NCBI GenBank assembly: GCA_034670305.1
Contig: JAXMNT010000026.1
Coordinates: 40,529-104,528, forward strand
Reading direction: 5' to 3'
DNA from: Deltaproteobacteria bacterium
GTDB taxonomy: Bacteria > Myxococcota_A > Polyangia > Polyangiales > Houyiibacteriaceae
DNA: 64,000 nucleotides
This document shows, piece after piece, positions 9,768 through 19,202 of the stretch. Position numbers and translations under genes: made by a program. The notes under the pieces were generated by a model that did not search any database, was not told the origin of the DNA, and was given only the letters and a program-made list of their open reading frames with translations. The first letter of the stretch is position 1. Every line of letters begins with the position of its first letter.

Positions 9768-10519
9768 AGTTCGCGGCCTGGAGCATCGCCTCCGCCATGC
9801 CCATCGGCGTGCTCGCGATCGGCGCGGCGTTCGGCATGAATGACCCCTCGAGCTTCGCCTGGCTCCTGCTGCCCGCGCTGGTTGGCTGGGTGGCGATGGC
9901 GCGCCTGGTCCACCGGTTCGTGCAACCTTTCCCGCTCGACATCGGCTCCGACGGGATCGCGTGGAAGGACATGCTCGGCAAGAAGATGTTCATCCGCCAC
10001 CGCGACATCTTGACGGTCGACCTCGTCGAGTCGCCGTATTCGAAGTCCGACGCGAAGACCCACTTGGTGATCACGAGCAAGGGACCGAGCGAGGTCTTCG
10101 CCGACGAACACGAGATCGAACTCGGGCCGGTCCCGGAGTCGCTGGGTGTGGTGGTGCGGGCACGCATCGCCGACGCACTCGGAGACGAAGGCGACCCCCT
10201 GCCGCTCCTCGACCGCCGCGGGCAACCCACCGAGTCGTGGCGCAAGAAGCTGCGTGAGCTGATCGGCGAAGGGTACCGAGAGGCGCGCGTGCCGCGGGTG
10301 CGGGTGGTCTCGGTGCTCGAGGATCCCCACGCCTCGTCCGAGCGTCGGCTGGCCGCGGCGATCGCATTGGTCGAGTCGATGGACCCAGCGACACGGACCT
10401 TCGGCTCGAAACTCGCGAAGTCGATCGCGCGTTCGCTCGTCGATCCGGAGCTCGCGCACGCGCTCGAAGAACTGGCCGACGGCAACCTCGGCGACGAGAA
10501 ACTCGAAGCCGTCGCCTGA
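9764..10519 (+). CDS. Hypothetical membrane protein with C-terminal helical (HEAT-like) region
   Basis: ATG 9764 overlapping upstream TGA; two TM helices; high-GC3 codon pattern. Confidence 0.6.
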   Translation: MKFAAWSIASAMPIGVLAIGAAFGMNDPSSFAWLLLPALVGWVAMARLVHRFVQPFPLDIGSDGIAWKDMLGKKMFIRHRDILTVDLVESPYSKSDAKTHLVITSKGPSEVFADEHEIELGPVPESLGVVVRARIADALGDEGDPLPLLDRRGQPTESWRKKLRELIGEGYREARVPRVRVVSVLEDPHASSERRLAAAIALVESMDPATRTFGSKLAKSIARSLVDPELAHALEELADGNLGDEKLEAVA

Positions 10520-10520
10520 C

Positions 10521-12206
10521 GTGCGTAGGTCGACCGACGGGTGGGGGTGGACCGGCGCGCGCAGCGCGTGGGCACACGGTGCGCTTCTCTGCACGCTCGC
10601 CGCGTGCACTACGCCGGAGCCGTTGCCGCCGGTCGCGACCCACGTCGACGACTGGCGGGACGAGGTGCTCTACCAGGTGGTCGTCGACCGGTTCGAGAAC
10701 GGCGACCCTGGGAACGACGACCTCGATGGCGTCGGGGTCGGCGGGGCGCTCGAACGGCACCAAGGCGGCGACTGGGCAGGGCTCGAAAGCCGCCTCGACT
10801 ACATCCAGGGACTCGGCGCGACCGCGCTGTGGATCTCGCCGATCGTCGCGAACGTCGACCGCACCGAATCCGAAGACGGCTACCACGGCTACTGGGCGAG
10901 CGACTTCACCGAGCTGAACCCACGCTTCGGCGGCCCCGACGATCTGCGCCGGCTGGTCCGCGCCGCCCACGACCGGTCGATGCTGGTCGTCGTCGACGTG
11001 GTGACGAACCACGCCGGCCGCGTGTTCGGCTACGACTTGGATCGCGACGGAGCGGTGAGCGAGGGCGAAGTCGAGCCGCCGTTCCTCGACGCGGGCTACG
11101 ACGTGCCGCTCGTCTGGTCGCACCGGCCGAGGCTCTGGCGCGACGACGCACGGTGGACGCTCGAAGCGTCTCACTTTCACCGGAGGGGCGACGGCAACCT
11201 CGGCGACCCGCACGAACGCGTCTTCGGCGACTTCCCCACCGGCCTGCGGGACCTCGACACCGAACAAGCCGAGCTGCGCGACGCACTCGTCGAGACCTAC
11301 GCGCGCTGGGCGACCGAGTTCGACCTCGACGGGTTCCGCATCGACGCGGTGCCGCACGTGGAGACGGACTTCTGGGCGACCTTCGGACGCGAGATCCGGG
11401 CGCGGCTGTCGCGCGAAGGCAAAGACCGGTTCTTGCTGCTCGGTGAGGTCTTCAGCGGCGACCCCTCGGTGCTCGCGCGCTACTCGGATGACGAAGGCGC
11501 GCTCGACGGCGCGTTCGACTTCGCGCTCAAGTTCGGCGTGGTCGACGCGGTGCTGCTCGACGGCGGCGCGCCCGCCACCGCCCGCGGCATCCTGGAAGGA
11601 TCGGGCGCGTACCGCCCCTTCGGCCAGCCGGGCGGCGTCGGCCTCTCGCCGTGGCAAGCGCGGGTGGCGATCGCGGACAACCACGACACCTGGCGCATCC
11701 GCGGCGAACTCGATCGCTTCGAGTCGGTCGCACTCGCGCTGCTCTTGGTGACCACCGTCGATGCGATCCCCTGCATCTACTACGGCACCGAACAGGCGTT
11801 CCGAGGCATGGGCGGCGCGGGCAGCCGCGAGCGCATGTGGGAGAGCGGCTTCCGGACCGACGGCGAGACCTACCAGTGGCTGCATCGTTTGCTCGAGCTG
11901 CGGGCGTCGCGCGAAGTCCTGCGGCGCGGCTCTTTGACAGTGCGCTACGCGAGCGAGAACGACGGCTTCAGCGACGCGCCCGACGCGGGCCTGCTCGCCT
12001 ACGAACGGGCGCTCGGCGACGAACGGATGTTGATCGTGCTCAACGCCCACGCGCTCCAGTCGTCGGCGGCGGTGGTGCCGTCTGGATTCGCGGCCGGCAC
12101 GCGGCTCGTCGACGTGCTCGGCGGCGGCGAGGCGGAGGTCGGCGCGGGCGGCGCCATCTCGGTGGCACTCGGCCCGCGCGGCGCGGCGATGTACGAGCCG
12201 CGCTGA
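10521..12206 (+). CDS. GH13 alpha-amylase family lipoprotein
   Basis: Lipobox LAA-C; DWRDEVLYQVVVDRF, GYHGYW, DVVTNH, DGFRIDAVPH, LGEV, IADNHD, IPCIYYGTEQ. Confidence 0.9.
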   Translation: MRRSTDGWGWTGARSAWAHGALLCTLAACTTPEPLPPVATHVDDWRDEVLYQVVVDRFENGDPGNDDLDGVGVGGALERHQGGDWAGLESRLDYIQGLGATALWISPIVANVDRTESEDGYHGYWASDFTELNPRFGGPDDLRRLVRAAHDRSMLVVVDVVTNHAGRVFGYDLDRDGAVSEGEVEPPFLDAGYDVPLVWSHRPRLWRDDARWTLEASHFHRRGDGNLGDPHERVFGDFPTGLRDLDTEQAELRDALVETYARWATEFDLDGFRIDAVPHVETDFWATFGREIRARLSREGKDRFLLLGEVFSGDPSVLARYSDDEGALDGAFDFALKFGVVDAVLLDGGAPATARGILEGSGAYRPFGQPGGVGLSPWQARVAIADNHDTWRIRGELDRFESVALALLLVTTVDAIPCIYYGTEQAFRGMGGAGSRERMWESGFRTDGETYQWLHRLLELRASREVLRRGSLTVRYASENDGFSDAPDAGLLAYERALGDERMLIVLNAHALQSSAAVVPSGFAAGTRLVDVLGGGEAEVGAGGAISVALGPRGAAMYEPR

Positions 12207-12209
12207 ACG

Positions 12210-12917
12210 CTAAAAGTGCTCCCAGGGCGCGGTGAAGTTCGTCCTCGTCTCCGCGGCCGGGGCTTCGTCGTCGGCGAAGAACTCATCGAGGTAAGGCGCG
12301 GAGAAGTACGCGGCGCCGGCGAAGGCCAGCACCAGCGGGACGCGGGCGAGCTGCGCGGAGGCAGAGGCGATCTCGCCGGCGTTGAAGCGGTCGACGGCGC
12401 GCAGGCCACCGAAGAAGTCGTAGATCATCAGCGCCGGCACGATGGCCGCGAGCTCCGGGTGGCCGAGGAGCGCTGCGCCGATGGCGTTGGCTTCGAGCGC
12501 GAGGATGAGCCATGCGGTGTGCATCTGGCGCGCGTAGAAGTGGCCGGAGCCGAAGGTGAGCACCAGCGACGCGAACGCGGCGATGCGTTTGAGCTTCTTG
12601 TCGGTGTAGCCCTCTTCGTCGTCGCCCGGACCGCCGCGGTAGGGACCGTCGACCGCGGGCGGCTTGGGATCGGCGATCGGCTCGAGGATCTCGTCGGCGT
12701 CTTCGAGCGACGTGAGGATCTCGCGCGCCGCCTCCAGATCGCTCTGCCGGACCTTGATCGAGATCTTCACGTAGCCGCCGATCATGCCGAGCATGTGGCG
12801 GTGTTCGAGGCCCGGGGTGGCGACGACGATGCCCGCGTCTTGCAGCAGTTCGCGGTGGACCTCCGCTTCCATCGGGTCGTGCAGGGTCTCCAGCGTCACG
12901 AAGGAATCGTCGGTCAC
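12210..12917 (-). CDS. Membrane protein with N-terminal DUF2007-like (PII-like) domain and TM2-like segment
   Basis: Start moved to GTG 12917; EAEVHRELLQDAGI...IKVRQSDLEAAREIL pattern; FGSGHFY motif followed by TM helices. Confidence 0.6.
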   Translation of the reverse strand: MTDDSFVTLETLHDPMEAEVHRELLQDAGIVVATPGLEHRHMLGMIGGYVKISIKVRQSDLEAAREILTSLEDADEILEPIADPKPPAVDGPYRGGPGDDEEGYTDKKLKRIAAFASLVLTFGSGHFYARQMHTAWLILALEANAIGAALLGHPELAAIVPALMIYDFFGGLRAVDRFNAGEIASASAQLARVPLVLAFAGAAYFSAPYLDEFFADDEAPAAETRTNFTAPWEHF

Positions 12918-12951
12918 ACCTTGAAGGTAGTGCCGCCCGGCAATCCGCGCT

Positions 12952-14031
12952 ATGGCGGCGGCCATGAGCAAGGCGGACGCTGCGGCGCAGGACGACGAAG
13001 TGGTGGAGAAGAAGGCCGTTGTGGCCGAAGTCGACGACACGCCGATGGCGCTGCTCGGCGCGCGCGCCGGCGTCGGAGGACTGCTCATGGGCCTGGCCAA
13101 CCTGGTGCCTGGCATCAGCGGCGGCACCATGTTGCTCGCGTCCGGGATCTACCCACGCTTCATCAAAGCGGTGGCCGAGGTCTCGACCCTGAAGTTCCGC
13201 AAGCGGTCCATCTTCGTGCTCGGGGTGATCGTGGTGGCCGCGCTGTCGGCGATCGTGCTGCTCGCCGGCCCGGTGAAGTCGCTCGTCGTCTCTCACCGCT
13301 GGGTCATGTACAGCCTGTTCATCGGGCTGACCCTCGGTGGTGTCCCGGTGGTCTGGAAACTCGCCAAACCGGCGAGCTCCGCGACCTGGATCGGCGCCGT
13401 GCTCGGGTTCGTCCCGATGGCGGTGCTGGCGTACTTCCAGATGACCGGGTCCGATGGGGGCGCGGACAACGAAGGGTTCGTGATGATGTTCCTCGCCGGC
13501 GTGGCGGGGGCGAGCGCCATGATCCTGCCGGGGGTGAGCGGCGGCTACCTGCTCTTGGTCATGGGCGTCTACGTCACGATCTTGGGCGCGGTCGATGCGT
13601 GCAAGGTCGCGGTCAAAGCCGGCGCGTGGGGCGATCTCGGCGACCCGTTTCTGAGCGTGGTGTTGCCGGTCGGCCTCGGCGTCGTGGTCGGCGTCTTGAT
13701 CGTGAGCAACGGGCTCCAGTGGCTCTTGAAGAAGTACGAGAAGGTCACCCTCGGTGCGCTGCTCGGTTTGCTCGTCGGTGCGGTCGTTGGCTTGTGGCCG
13801 TTCCAGCGCGGCGTGGCGCCGGCCATCGGCGACCTGTTCAAGGGCCAGGTCGTCACCGCGGAATCGCTGACGGAGATCGCTCCGGAGAAATACCCGACCG
13901 AGTTCTTCACGCCGGACGGCGGACAGATCGCGACCGTGCTCGGTCTCGTGGTGGTGGGCTTTTTGGCCACGGCACTCGTGGCCAAACTCGGCGCCGGCAA
14001 AGACGACGCGAAGAAGGCCGCGAAGGCGTGA
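12952..14031 (+). CDS. DUF368 family membrane protein (putative undecaprenyl-phosphate translocase)
   Basis: Two family motifs MGLANLVPGISGGT and AMILPGVSGG; many TM helices; start 12952 or 12964. Confidence 0.9.
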   Translation: MAAAMSKADAAAQDDEVVEKKAVVAEVDDTPMALLGARAGVGGLLMGLANLVPGISGGTMLLASGIYPRFIKAVAEVSTLKFRKRSIFVLGVIVVAALSAIVLLAGPVKSLVVSHRWVMYSLFIGLTLGGVPVVWKLAKPASSATWIGAVLGFVPMAVLAYFQMTGSDGGADNEGFVMMFLAGVAGASAMILPGVSGGYLLLVMGVYVTILGAVDACKVAVKAGAWGDLGDPFLSVVLPVGLGVVVGVLIVSNGLQWLLKKYEKVTLGALLGLLVGAVVGLWPFQRGVAPAIGDLFKGQVVTAESLTEIAPEKYPTEFFTPDGGQIATVLGLVVVGFLATALVAKLGAGKDDAKKAAKA

Positions 14032-14034
14032 CCG

Positions 14035-15078
14035 TCACCGCGTGGTGAACGCGCGGACCTGAGCGCGCTGGGTTTCGGTCCACGCGCTGGCGCCGTCTTT
14101 CGCACGGGCCGACCAGAGCCACGCGCCGACGTAGCCGCGGTCTCGAATGTGTTCGAGGCGGCCGCGCAGGTACTGGTTCGGGTCGTGGTCGGTGGGGAGT
14201 GGCCAGCGCATGTGCTGGAGGTGAAACCGCGGACCCTGCGCGGACGCGAACTCACCGACGACCGCGTTGGGGGTCGCGGCGCGCGGGAGGGTTCGGAGCA
14301 GCGGGGTCGGATAGTGGTGGATTTGCCAGAGGCCGCGCTCGACCACCCGGCGCGCTCCTGCGGTCAGCCAGTCCGGACAGCGCGCGAAGCCGACCGTGGG
14401 CGTGAAGCCGGCGTCGGCCACCCGCTGGCTGAGACCGACCAGCAACGCTTCGAGCCCCGGTCGCTCCACCCGATCGCGCGTGCGGACCCACCGGCCGCCG
14501 ACCCTTCGCACGTGCAGCGGGCCGCCCTTCACGATCCAGTCCGGTTCGTTGCAGATCTCGAAGGCGCGCACGTACTTCGGTCGGATGACCTCGAGCATCG
14601 GCGCGACGAGCGTGTCGAAGGTCTCGTCCGGATCCGATTGCAGCACGTGCCGCAGGCCGCCGGAGATCACGCCGCCGCTTCGGACGACCATCGGGAAGAA
14701 CGCCTCGAACGAGACCAGCGAAGGCACGAGCTGCATGCCGGCGTTCGCGCAGGCGGTCTCGAGCTTCGCGAGATCCGCGAGGAACGCATCGGTGGGCGGG
14801 ACTGGACGGCCACGAAAGTGGCCCGCGTGCACCTTCCAGGTGGGCGCGCGCCCCACCGGGTAGTTCACCCCGCCGGCCAGAAGCCAGAAGCGCGCGACCT
14901 GGATCCCGTCGGCGCGCCACGAAGAGAGATCGCGTTCCAGTTCCCCGAAGTCCGTCCGGCGCGCGCCGGCCCACGGGGGCGGCTTCTCACCGAAGTCGTG
15001 GCCACACGAGACCCAGGGAACCGAGAGACCGAGCTGCACCGCGGGAGCATAGTGCGATGTGTCAGTGCTGGGCTCCAC
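14035..15078 (-). CDS. Putative clan GH-A (GH5-like) glycoside hydrolase
   Basis: Acid/base motif FEICNEPDW, QIHHY, nucleophile-like VVGEF, C-terminal GAWLWS; N-terminal PW...G.DFG. Confidence 0.65.
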   Translation of the reverse strand: MEPSTDTSHYAPAVQLGLSVPWVSCGHDFGEKPPPWAGARRTDFGELERDLSSWRADGIQVARFWLLAGGVNYPVGRAPTWKVHAGHFRGRPVPPTDAFLADLAKLETACANAGMQLVPSLVSFEAFFPMVVRSGGVISGGLRHVLQSDPDETFDTLVAPMLEVIRPKYVRAFEICNEPDWIVKGGPLHVRRVGGRWVRTRDRVERPGLEALLVGLSQRVADAGFTPTVGFARCPDWLTAGARRVVERGLWQIHHYPTPLLRTLPRAATPNAVVGEFASAQGPRFHLQHMRWPLPTDHDPNQYLRGRLEHIRDRGYVGAWLWSARAKDGASAWTETQRAQVRAFTTR

Positions 15079-15379
15079 GGAACGGCGAGGGAGACCTGGT
15101 GACCGGGGGACCGACCCATTGGTGGATGGTGGTGGACAGGAACGGCGCGAGGCCGACGCCGACGAACCCGACGAGAACGACGCCGAGGCCAGGAGTCAGC
15201 GCCAGGCCCAAGGCTTCGAGGGAGAGGAGTCCGGCGCTGATCAGGAGCGACAAGCCGCCGAACCGCGACAACCGCCGATCCTGGCTTCCATCGACCGGTC
15301 CTTGGAGTTCGTCCTCCTCCACCGTGCGTGTGTAGAGGATTGCGGCGACGAGCCAGACGATGGTCACGACTTCGGTCAT
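15062..15379 (-). CDS. Small hypothetical membrane protein
   Basis: 105 aa with about three hydrophobic segments; short overlap with the GH5-like start. Confidence 0.5.
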   Translation of the reverse strand: MTEVVTIVWLVAAILYTRTVEEDELQGPVDGSQDRRLSRFGGLSLLISAGLLSLEALGLALTPGLGVVLVGFVGVGLAPFLSTTIHQWVGPPVTRSPSPFRGAQH

Positions 15380-15526
15380 GGGCTGGCTATGAGCACGAAG
15401 GGTGCCGGCGGTTGGCCTTGGTTTTTCCCGTCATGTGCATGGATCTTGCGGGAGAAAGCGGAGCGGTTTTCTTCGAGTTGTGGAAAAGTGCCCGATAGCA
15501 GGCAGGCTCTAGCCAACTCCCTGGCC

Positions 15527-15865
15527 CGCCGAAGCCGAAGCACGTCGCCGAGGCCGAAGCCGAGGCCGAAGCCGAAGCCGAATCCGAGGCCGAAGCCGAG
15601 GCCGAAGCCGAAGCCGAAGCCGAAGCCGAAGCCGAATCCGAAGCCGAGGCCGACGCCGAATCCGAGGCCGAATCCGACGCCGGACAGCCGAAGCCGAGGC
15701 CGAAGCCGAGGCCGACGCCGAAGCCGACCCCGAATCCGAAGCCGAGGCCGAAGCCGAGGCCGACGCCGAAGCTGACCCCGAATCCGAGGCCGAAGCCGAA
15801 TCCGAGGCCGAAGCCGAAGCCGAATCCGAAGCCGACGCCGAAGCCGAATCCGAGGCCGACGCCGT
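15527..15865. repeat. Hexamer tandem repeat tract (gccgaa/gccgag/tccgag variants), about 340 bp, with an internal ~48-bp higher-order duplication
   Basis: Directly visible; produces artefactual PK, GF and AS dipeptide ORFs. Confidence 0.9.
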
Positions 15866-15897
15866 TTCCGCTTCTGCTTCTGCTTCTGACAAAGGGA

Positions 15898-15931
15898 GAG
15901 GGCGGCCCCCTCCGGAGAGGAGACCGCCCTC
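15898..15931 (-). terminator. Stem-loop, probable terminator of the NfeD-like/flotillin operon
   Basis: Minus strand GAGGGCGGUCUCCUC-UCCG-GAGGGGGCCGCCCUC then UCCCUUUG; full 15-bp pairing (with G-U) only on the minus strand. Confidence 0.6.
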
Positions 15932-15978
15932 GCGGTTCGCTGGCGTTCATGCGCAGCGTTTGAGCAGCCTGGGTGACG

Positions 15979-17769
15979 TCAGGCGGCTTCTTGGTCGTCG
16001 TCGGACGAGGTGTCCGGAGGCGTGGTGTCGTTGCCGGCGGTGAGTTTCGCGGTGGCGGCGGAGGCGAGCGCCGAAGCACCCGCGCCCACCTTGCTCAGCA
16101 CCCCGAGCGTGGTGTCGTCGGCCGCTTCGATGAAGCCGCCCACCGTGCGCGCCAGACTCTGGCCACGCACCACCGACTCGAGGATCTTCGTCACGTCTTC
16201 CGGCGTGCCGTAGAGCGTCGCTTCCATCTTCTGGAAGAGCTTGGCGCTGGCTTCCGCCATGGCGATCTGCACTTCCTTCTCGGCGGTGACCCGCAGCTTC
16301 GCGATCTCGAAGTCCTGCGCGACCTTGCCGTGCTCTTCCCGGGCCTCCAGCTCTGGCTTGACGACCGTCTCGACGCGCTCGCGGTCCACTTCGACCTGCG
16401 CACGCTCCACCTCGACGGGCACCATGGCCTTCGCCTTCTCGCCGTCGGCCTTCTGCCGCTCGGCTTCCGCTTCCGCTTCGGCCCGCATCCGGATCGCTTC
16501 CGCTTCCGCGTTGGCGGCCTGGCGCATGGCTTCGGCTTGCTTCTGCTTGGCGTAGGCGGCCGCATCGGCCTTGCGCATCTCCGAGACGTACGCGGTCTCC
16601 GCTTGGGCCTGGGCTTCGATGACCGACTTCACGCGGGCGCGCTCGGCCTCCTCTTTCACCCGGACGGTCTCCACCTTCTGGCGCGCGGTCTCCCGCTCCA
16701 CTTCCGCATCGGCGAGGGCGCTCTCGGCGGCCGCACGAAGCGTCTCGGCTTCGGCGATCTTCCGGTCCTTCTCCCGCTCCGCGATCTGCGTAGCGCTCTG
16801 TTGCTCCCGGGCCGCGACTTCCAAGGCTTGGATCTTCCCGATCTCCGCCAGGTCGAGCTGCCTCTGCACGGCGATGCCCTTTTCGCGGGCTTCGAGCGTG
16901 CTCTGTTGTTCGGTCTTCTCGATCGCGGCCCGTTGACGGGCGCCCGCCTCTTTCTCTTGCCGCTCGAGTTCGAGCAGCTCCTGGGTGGTCACGACGTCCT
17001 GCTCCGCGCGGGCCCGCTCGCCTTCACGGACGAGGCGGTTGCGCTCGGTCAGGTTCTGCTGCGTGATCTCCGCGATCTTGCGGCGGCCTTGTGCGTCGAA
17101 GATGTTCGAGTCCTTGAGGAACTTCTCGTCCGTCTGGTCGAGGCGCGAGATGGTCACCGTCTCGAGAATCAGACCGTTCGAGAGAAGATCGCCGGCGACG
17201 AACTTCATCACCTCCGCCAAGAAGTCGTCCCGCTCGCTGTTGAGCTGCTCGAGCGTCTTGCTCGCAGCGGCCGTGCGCAGCGCGCTGACCAACTTGTCCT
17301 CTACGAGACCCCGCACCGCTTGCGGGTCGCCCATGAGCTCCCCGAGGCTGCGCGACGCTTGGAGAATGCTCTCCCGCTCCGGCTGCACCCGCACGAAGAA
17401 CTCCGCGTGCACATCGGCGCGCAGCTTGTCCTTGGTGATGAGCGCGTCCTGGTTGTCGCGCGTGACCTGCAGTTTCAGGGTCTGCAGACTGACCCGCAGA
17501 AGTTCATGCATGAAGGGGACGACGATCGCGCCTCCGTCTTGAATGACCTTCACCCCGCCCGCGCCAGTCCGCACGAACGCTTCCGACGCCTTGGTGCGTT
17601 CGTAGAGTCGTGTGAAGAGCGTGAGCACGCCGCTGAGCACCACGCTCAGCCCTCCGACGATCATCATGATCGCGATGAGCCCGCCGCTGAGCGGGTGCCC
17701 GAGGGCCTCCGCTGCGAAGGGTCCGGCGAGCAGAAGCGCGCCGAAGAGGAAGAGGGTACCGATGGCCAT
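15979..17769 (-). CDS. Flotillin/SPFH (YqiK-like) family protein
   Basis: ATG 17769 with AAAGGAG RBS; N-terminal TM helices, AFVRTG.GG..V..DGG, LITKDKLRADV.AEFFVRV, long AE-rich coiled coil. Confidence 0.9.
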   Translation of the reverse strand: MAIGTLFLFGALLLAGPFAAEALGHPLSGGLIAIMMIVGGLSVVLSGVLTLFTRLYERTKASEAFVRTGAGGVKVIQDGGAIVVPFMHELLRVSLQTLKLQVTRDNQDALITKDKLRADVHAEFFVRVQPERESILQASRSLGELMGDPQAVRGLVEDKLVSALRTAAASKTLEQLNSERDDFLAEVMKFVAGDLLSNGLILETVTISRLDQTDEKFLKDSNIFDAQGRRKIAEITQQNLTERNRLVREGERARAEQDVVTTQELLELERQEKEAGARQRAAIEKTEQQSTLEAREKGIAVQRQLDLAEIGKIQALEVAAREQQSATQIAEREKDRKIAEAETLRAAAESALADAEVERETARQKVETVRVKEEAERARVKSVIEAQAQAETAYVSEMRKADAAAYAKQKQAEAMRQAANAEAEAIRMRAEAEAEAERQKADGEKAKAMVPVEVERAQVEVDRERVETVVKPELEAREEHGKVAQDFEIAKLRVTAEKEVQIAMAEASAKLFQKMEATLYGTPEDVTKILESVVRGQSLARTVGGFIEAADDTTLGVLSKVGAGASALASAATAKLTAGNDTTPPDTSSDDDQEAA

Positions 17770-17927
17770 GTTGGTCTCCTTTCTGGGGACATTCGAGAAC
17801 AGTCGGGCGATGCAGCCGGCCAAAGCCGCACCGCCCGGATGACCCGAGACGAACTCGGATCAACATCGGGGTCAGGTCAGGTCAGACAGAGGTCCCTGCG
17901 TCGCGAACGGCGCGGAACCAGAAGAGG

Positions 17928-18536
17928 TCATGCCTCGAGGCGGCTCACTGCGCGCGACTCGGGGCTCAGCGGGACGACCACATAGAGGCCGGAGTCGTCG
18001 TCGTAGTCGACGACCACCAAGCGCTCGCCCTTGTCGAGCGGTGCGTCTGCGCGGCATTGGATCTCGTGGAGCGTGCCGGCGTCGTCGTGGATCTGCGCCG
18101 CGCCGGAGTCTCCGCCGACCCGCATGCGCGCGACGCCGGCGCAGCCGACCAGTTGGTCCCGCGAGAGGGAGTAGCTCTCGCTGGTGGGCATCACGCGCCC
18201 AAGCAGCTGCCCGACGACGCCGGACAGGAGCGGCGCCACCGCGAGGGCGACGAACGCGGCCACGGTGACGCCGAGACTCGGCTTGAGGATCATGCCGAGG
18301 GCGCCGAACGAGAGCAGGCCCGCGCTGAGGATGGCGGACACCGGAGCCCGGCCGACCCCGAACCAGGAGAGCAGCGAGAGCCAGCCCCCGCCCCCGTTCC
18401 CCTCCCCGTCCGCATCGGCGTCGACGTCCACGTCGACGTCCACATCGACGTCGACGTCCACATCGCCGCCGCCCAGCACCGTGCCGATGCCCAGCACCAG
18501 GGCGAGAAGGATGGGAATGGCGAAGAGGAGGTTCAT
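17928..18536 (-). CDS. NfeD-like / YqiJ-like membrane protein with C-terminal OB-fold
   Basis: (DV)n acidic linker, LSWFGVGRAP motif, TM helices, LVG..G...A.I.D..G..H OB-like tail; upstream of flotillin. Confidence 0.8.
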   Translation of the reverse strand: MNLLFAIPILLALVLGIGTVLGGGDVDVDVDVDVDVDVDADADGEGNGGGGWLSLLSWFGVGRAPVSAILSAGLLSFGALGMILKPSLGVTVAAFVALAVAPLLSGVVGQLLGRVMPTSESYSLSRDQLVGCAGVARMRVGGDSGAAQIHDDAGTLHEIQCRADAPLDKGERLVVVDYDDDSGLYVVVPLSPESRAVSRLEA

Positions 18537-18551
18537 GATGGGTAGCCTCTG

Positions 18552-18567
18552 AGCACGAACGATGCCG
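18552..18567 (-). promoter_or_regulatory. Putative sigma-54 promoter of the NfeD-like/flotillin operon
   Basis: Minus strand CGGCATC-GTTC-GTGCT, GG-N10-GC spacing. Confidence 0.4.
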
Positions 18568-18623
18568 CGTCCGCGATCTCGATTTGTCCCGCAGATTCAC
18601 GATTAGACACTCGACTGCTAGGT

Positions 18624-18652
18624 GCGGTTTTCATCACACATATGAAAATCGC
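18624..18652. promoter_or_regulatory. AT-rich inverted repeat, candidate transcription-factor site in a divergent intergenic region
   Basis: GCGGTTTTCAT-N7-ATGAAAATCGC (10 of 11 positions complementary). Confidence 0.55.
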
Positions 18653-18686
18653 CCGGAGATTGACGCCGGGCCGTGGTCGGTCGACG

Positions 18687-19202
18687 ATGCGCGCCGTGCC
18701 CGACACCCCAACCGAACCCGCACCCCACGGGGGCGCGCCTGCGACTGCGACCGACCACACGGAAGCCCCGCGCGGATCGGTCCTCAAACGCACGAACCGG
18801 CTGATCCTCGCGATCGTGGCGTTTCAGCTGCTCGTCCCGCTGACCTACTACATGCGCGACGACCCGTACGACGAGCGGTTCGCTTGGCGCATGTTCTCGG
18901 CCGTCCGCTTGCACAACTGCCAGACCGAAGCGGTGGATCGCCGAGACGAAGGTGAAGCGCCGATCGCGCTCACGAGCGTGATTCACCGCGCGTGGGTCAA
19001 CCACCTGGGGCGCAATCGGGCCGAGGTCGTGCACGCGTTTCTGCGGCACCGGTGCGAGGTCGACGGAGTCGATTCGGTGCAGGTGGTCAATCGGTGCGTG
19101 ACACCCGACGGCACCGCGCTGCGGCCACAGGTGTACGTGCGCGAATGCGCCTCCGGTGAAGTGCAAGAGCCCGACGCGCTCATCGTGGAGGCCACGCGAT
19201 GA
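18687..19202 (+). CDS. Single-TM protein resembling the C-terminal part of bacterial vitamin-K-dependent carboxylase-like proteins
   Basis: QLLVPLTYY...ERFAWRMF motif; ATGA overlap with the HTTM gene; start uncertain (18642/18687/18696). Confidence 0.65.
   Translation: MRAVPDTPTEPAPHGGAPATATDHTEAPRGSVLKRTNRLILAIVAFQLLVPLTYYMRDDPYDERFAWRMFSAVRLHNCQTEAVDRRDEGEAPIALTSVIHRAWVNHLGRNRAEVVHAFLRHRCEVDGVDSVQVVNRCVTPDGTALRPQVYVRECASGEVQEPDALIVEATR

Noticed and set aside
15059-16079. ORFs 15059-15775, 15387-16079 and 15509-15892 with PK, GF and AS dipeptide runs
   Set aside because: Open only because the hexamer tract lacks stops; they overlap better-supported genes or lack an RBS
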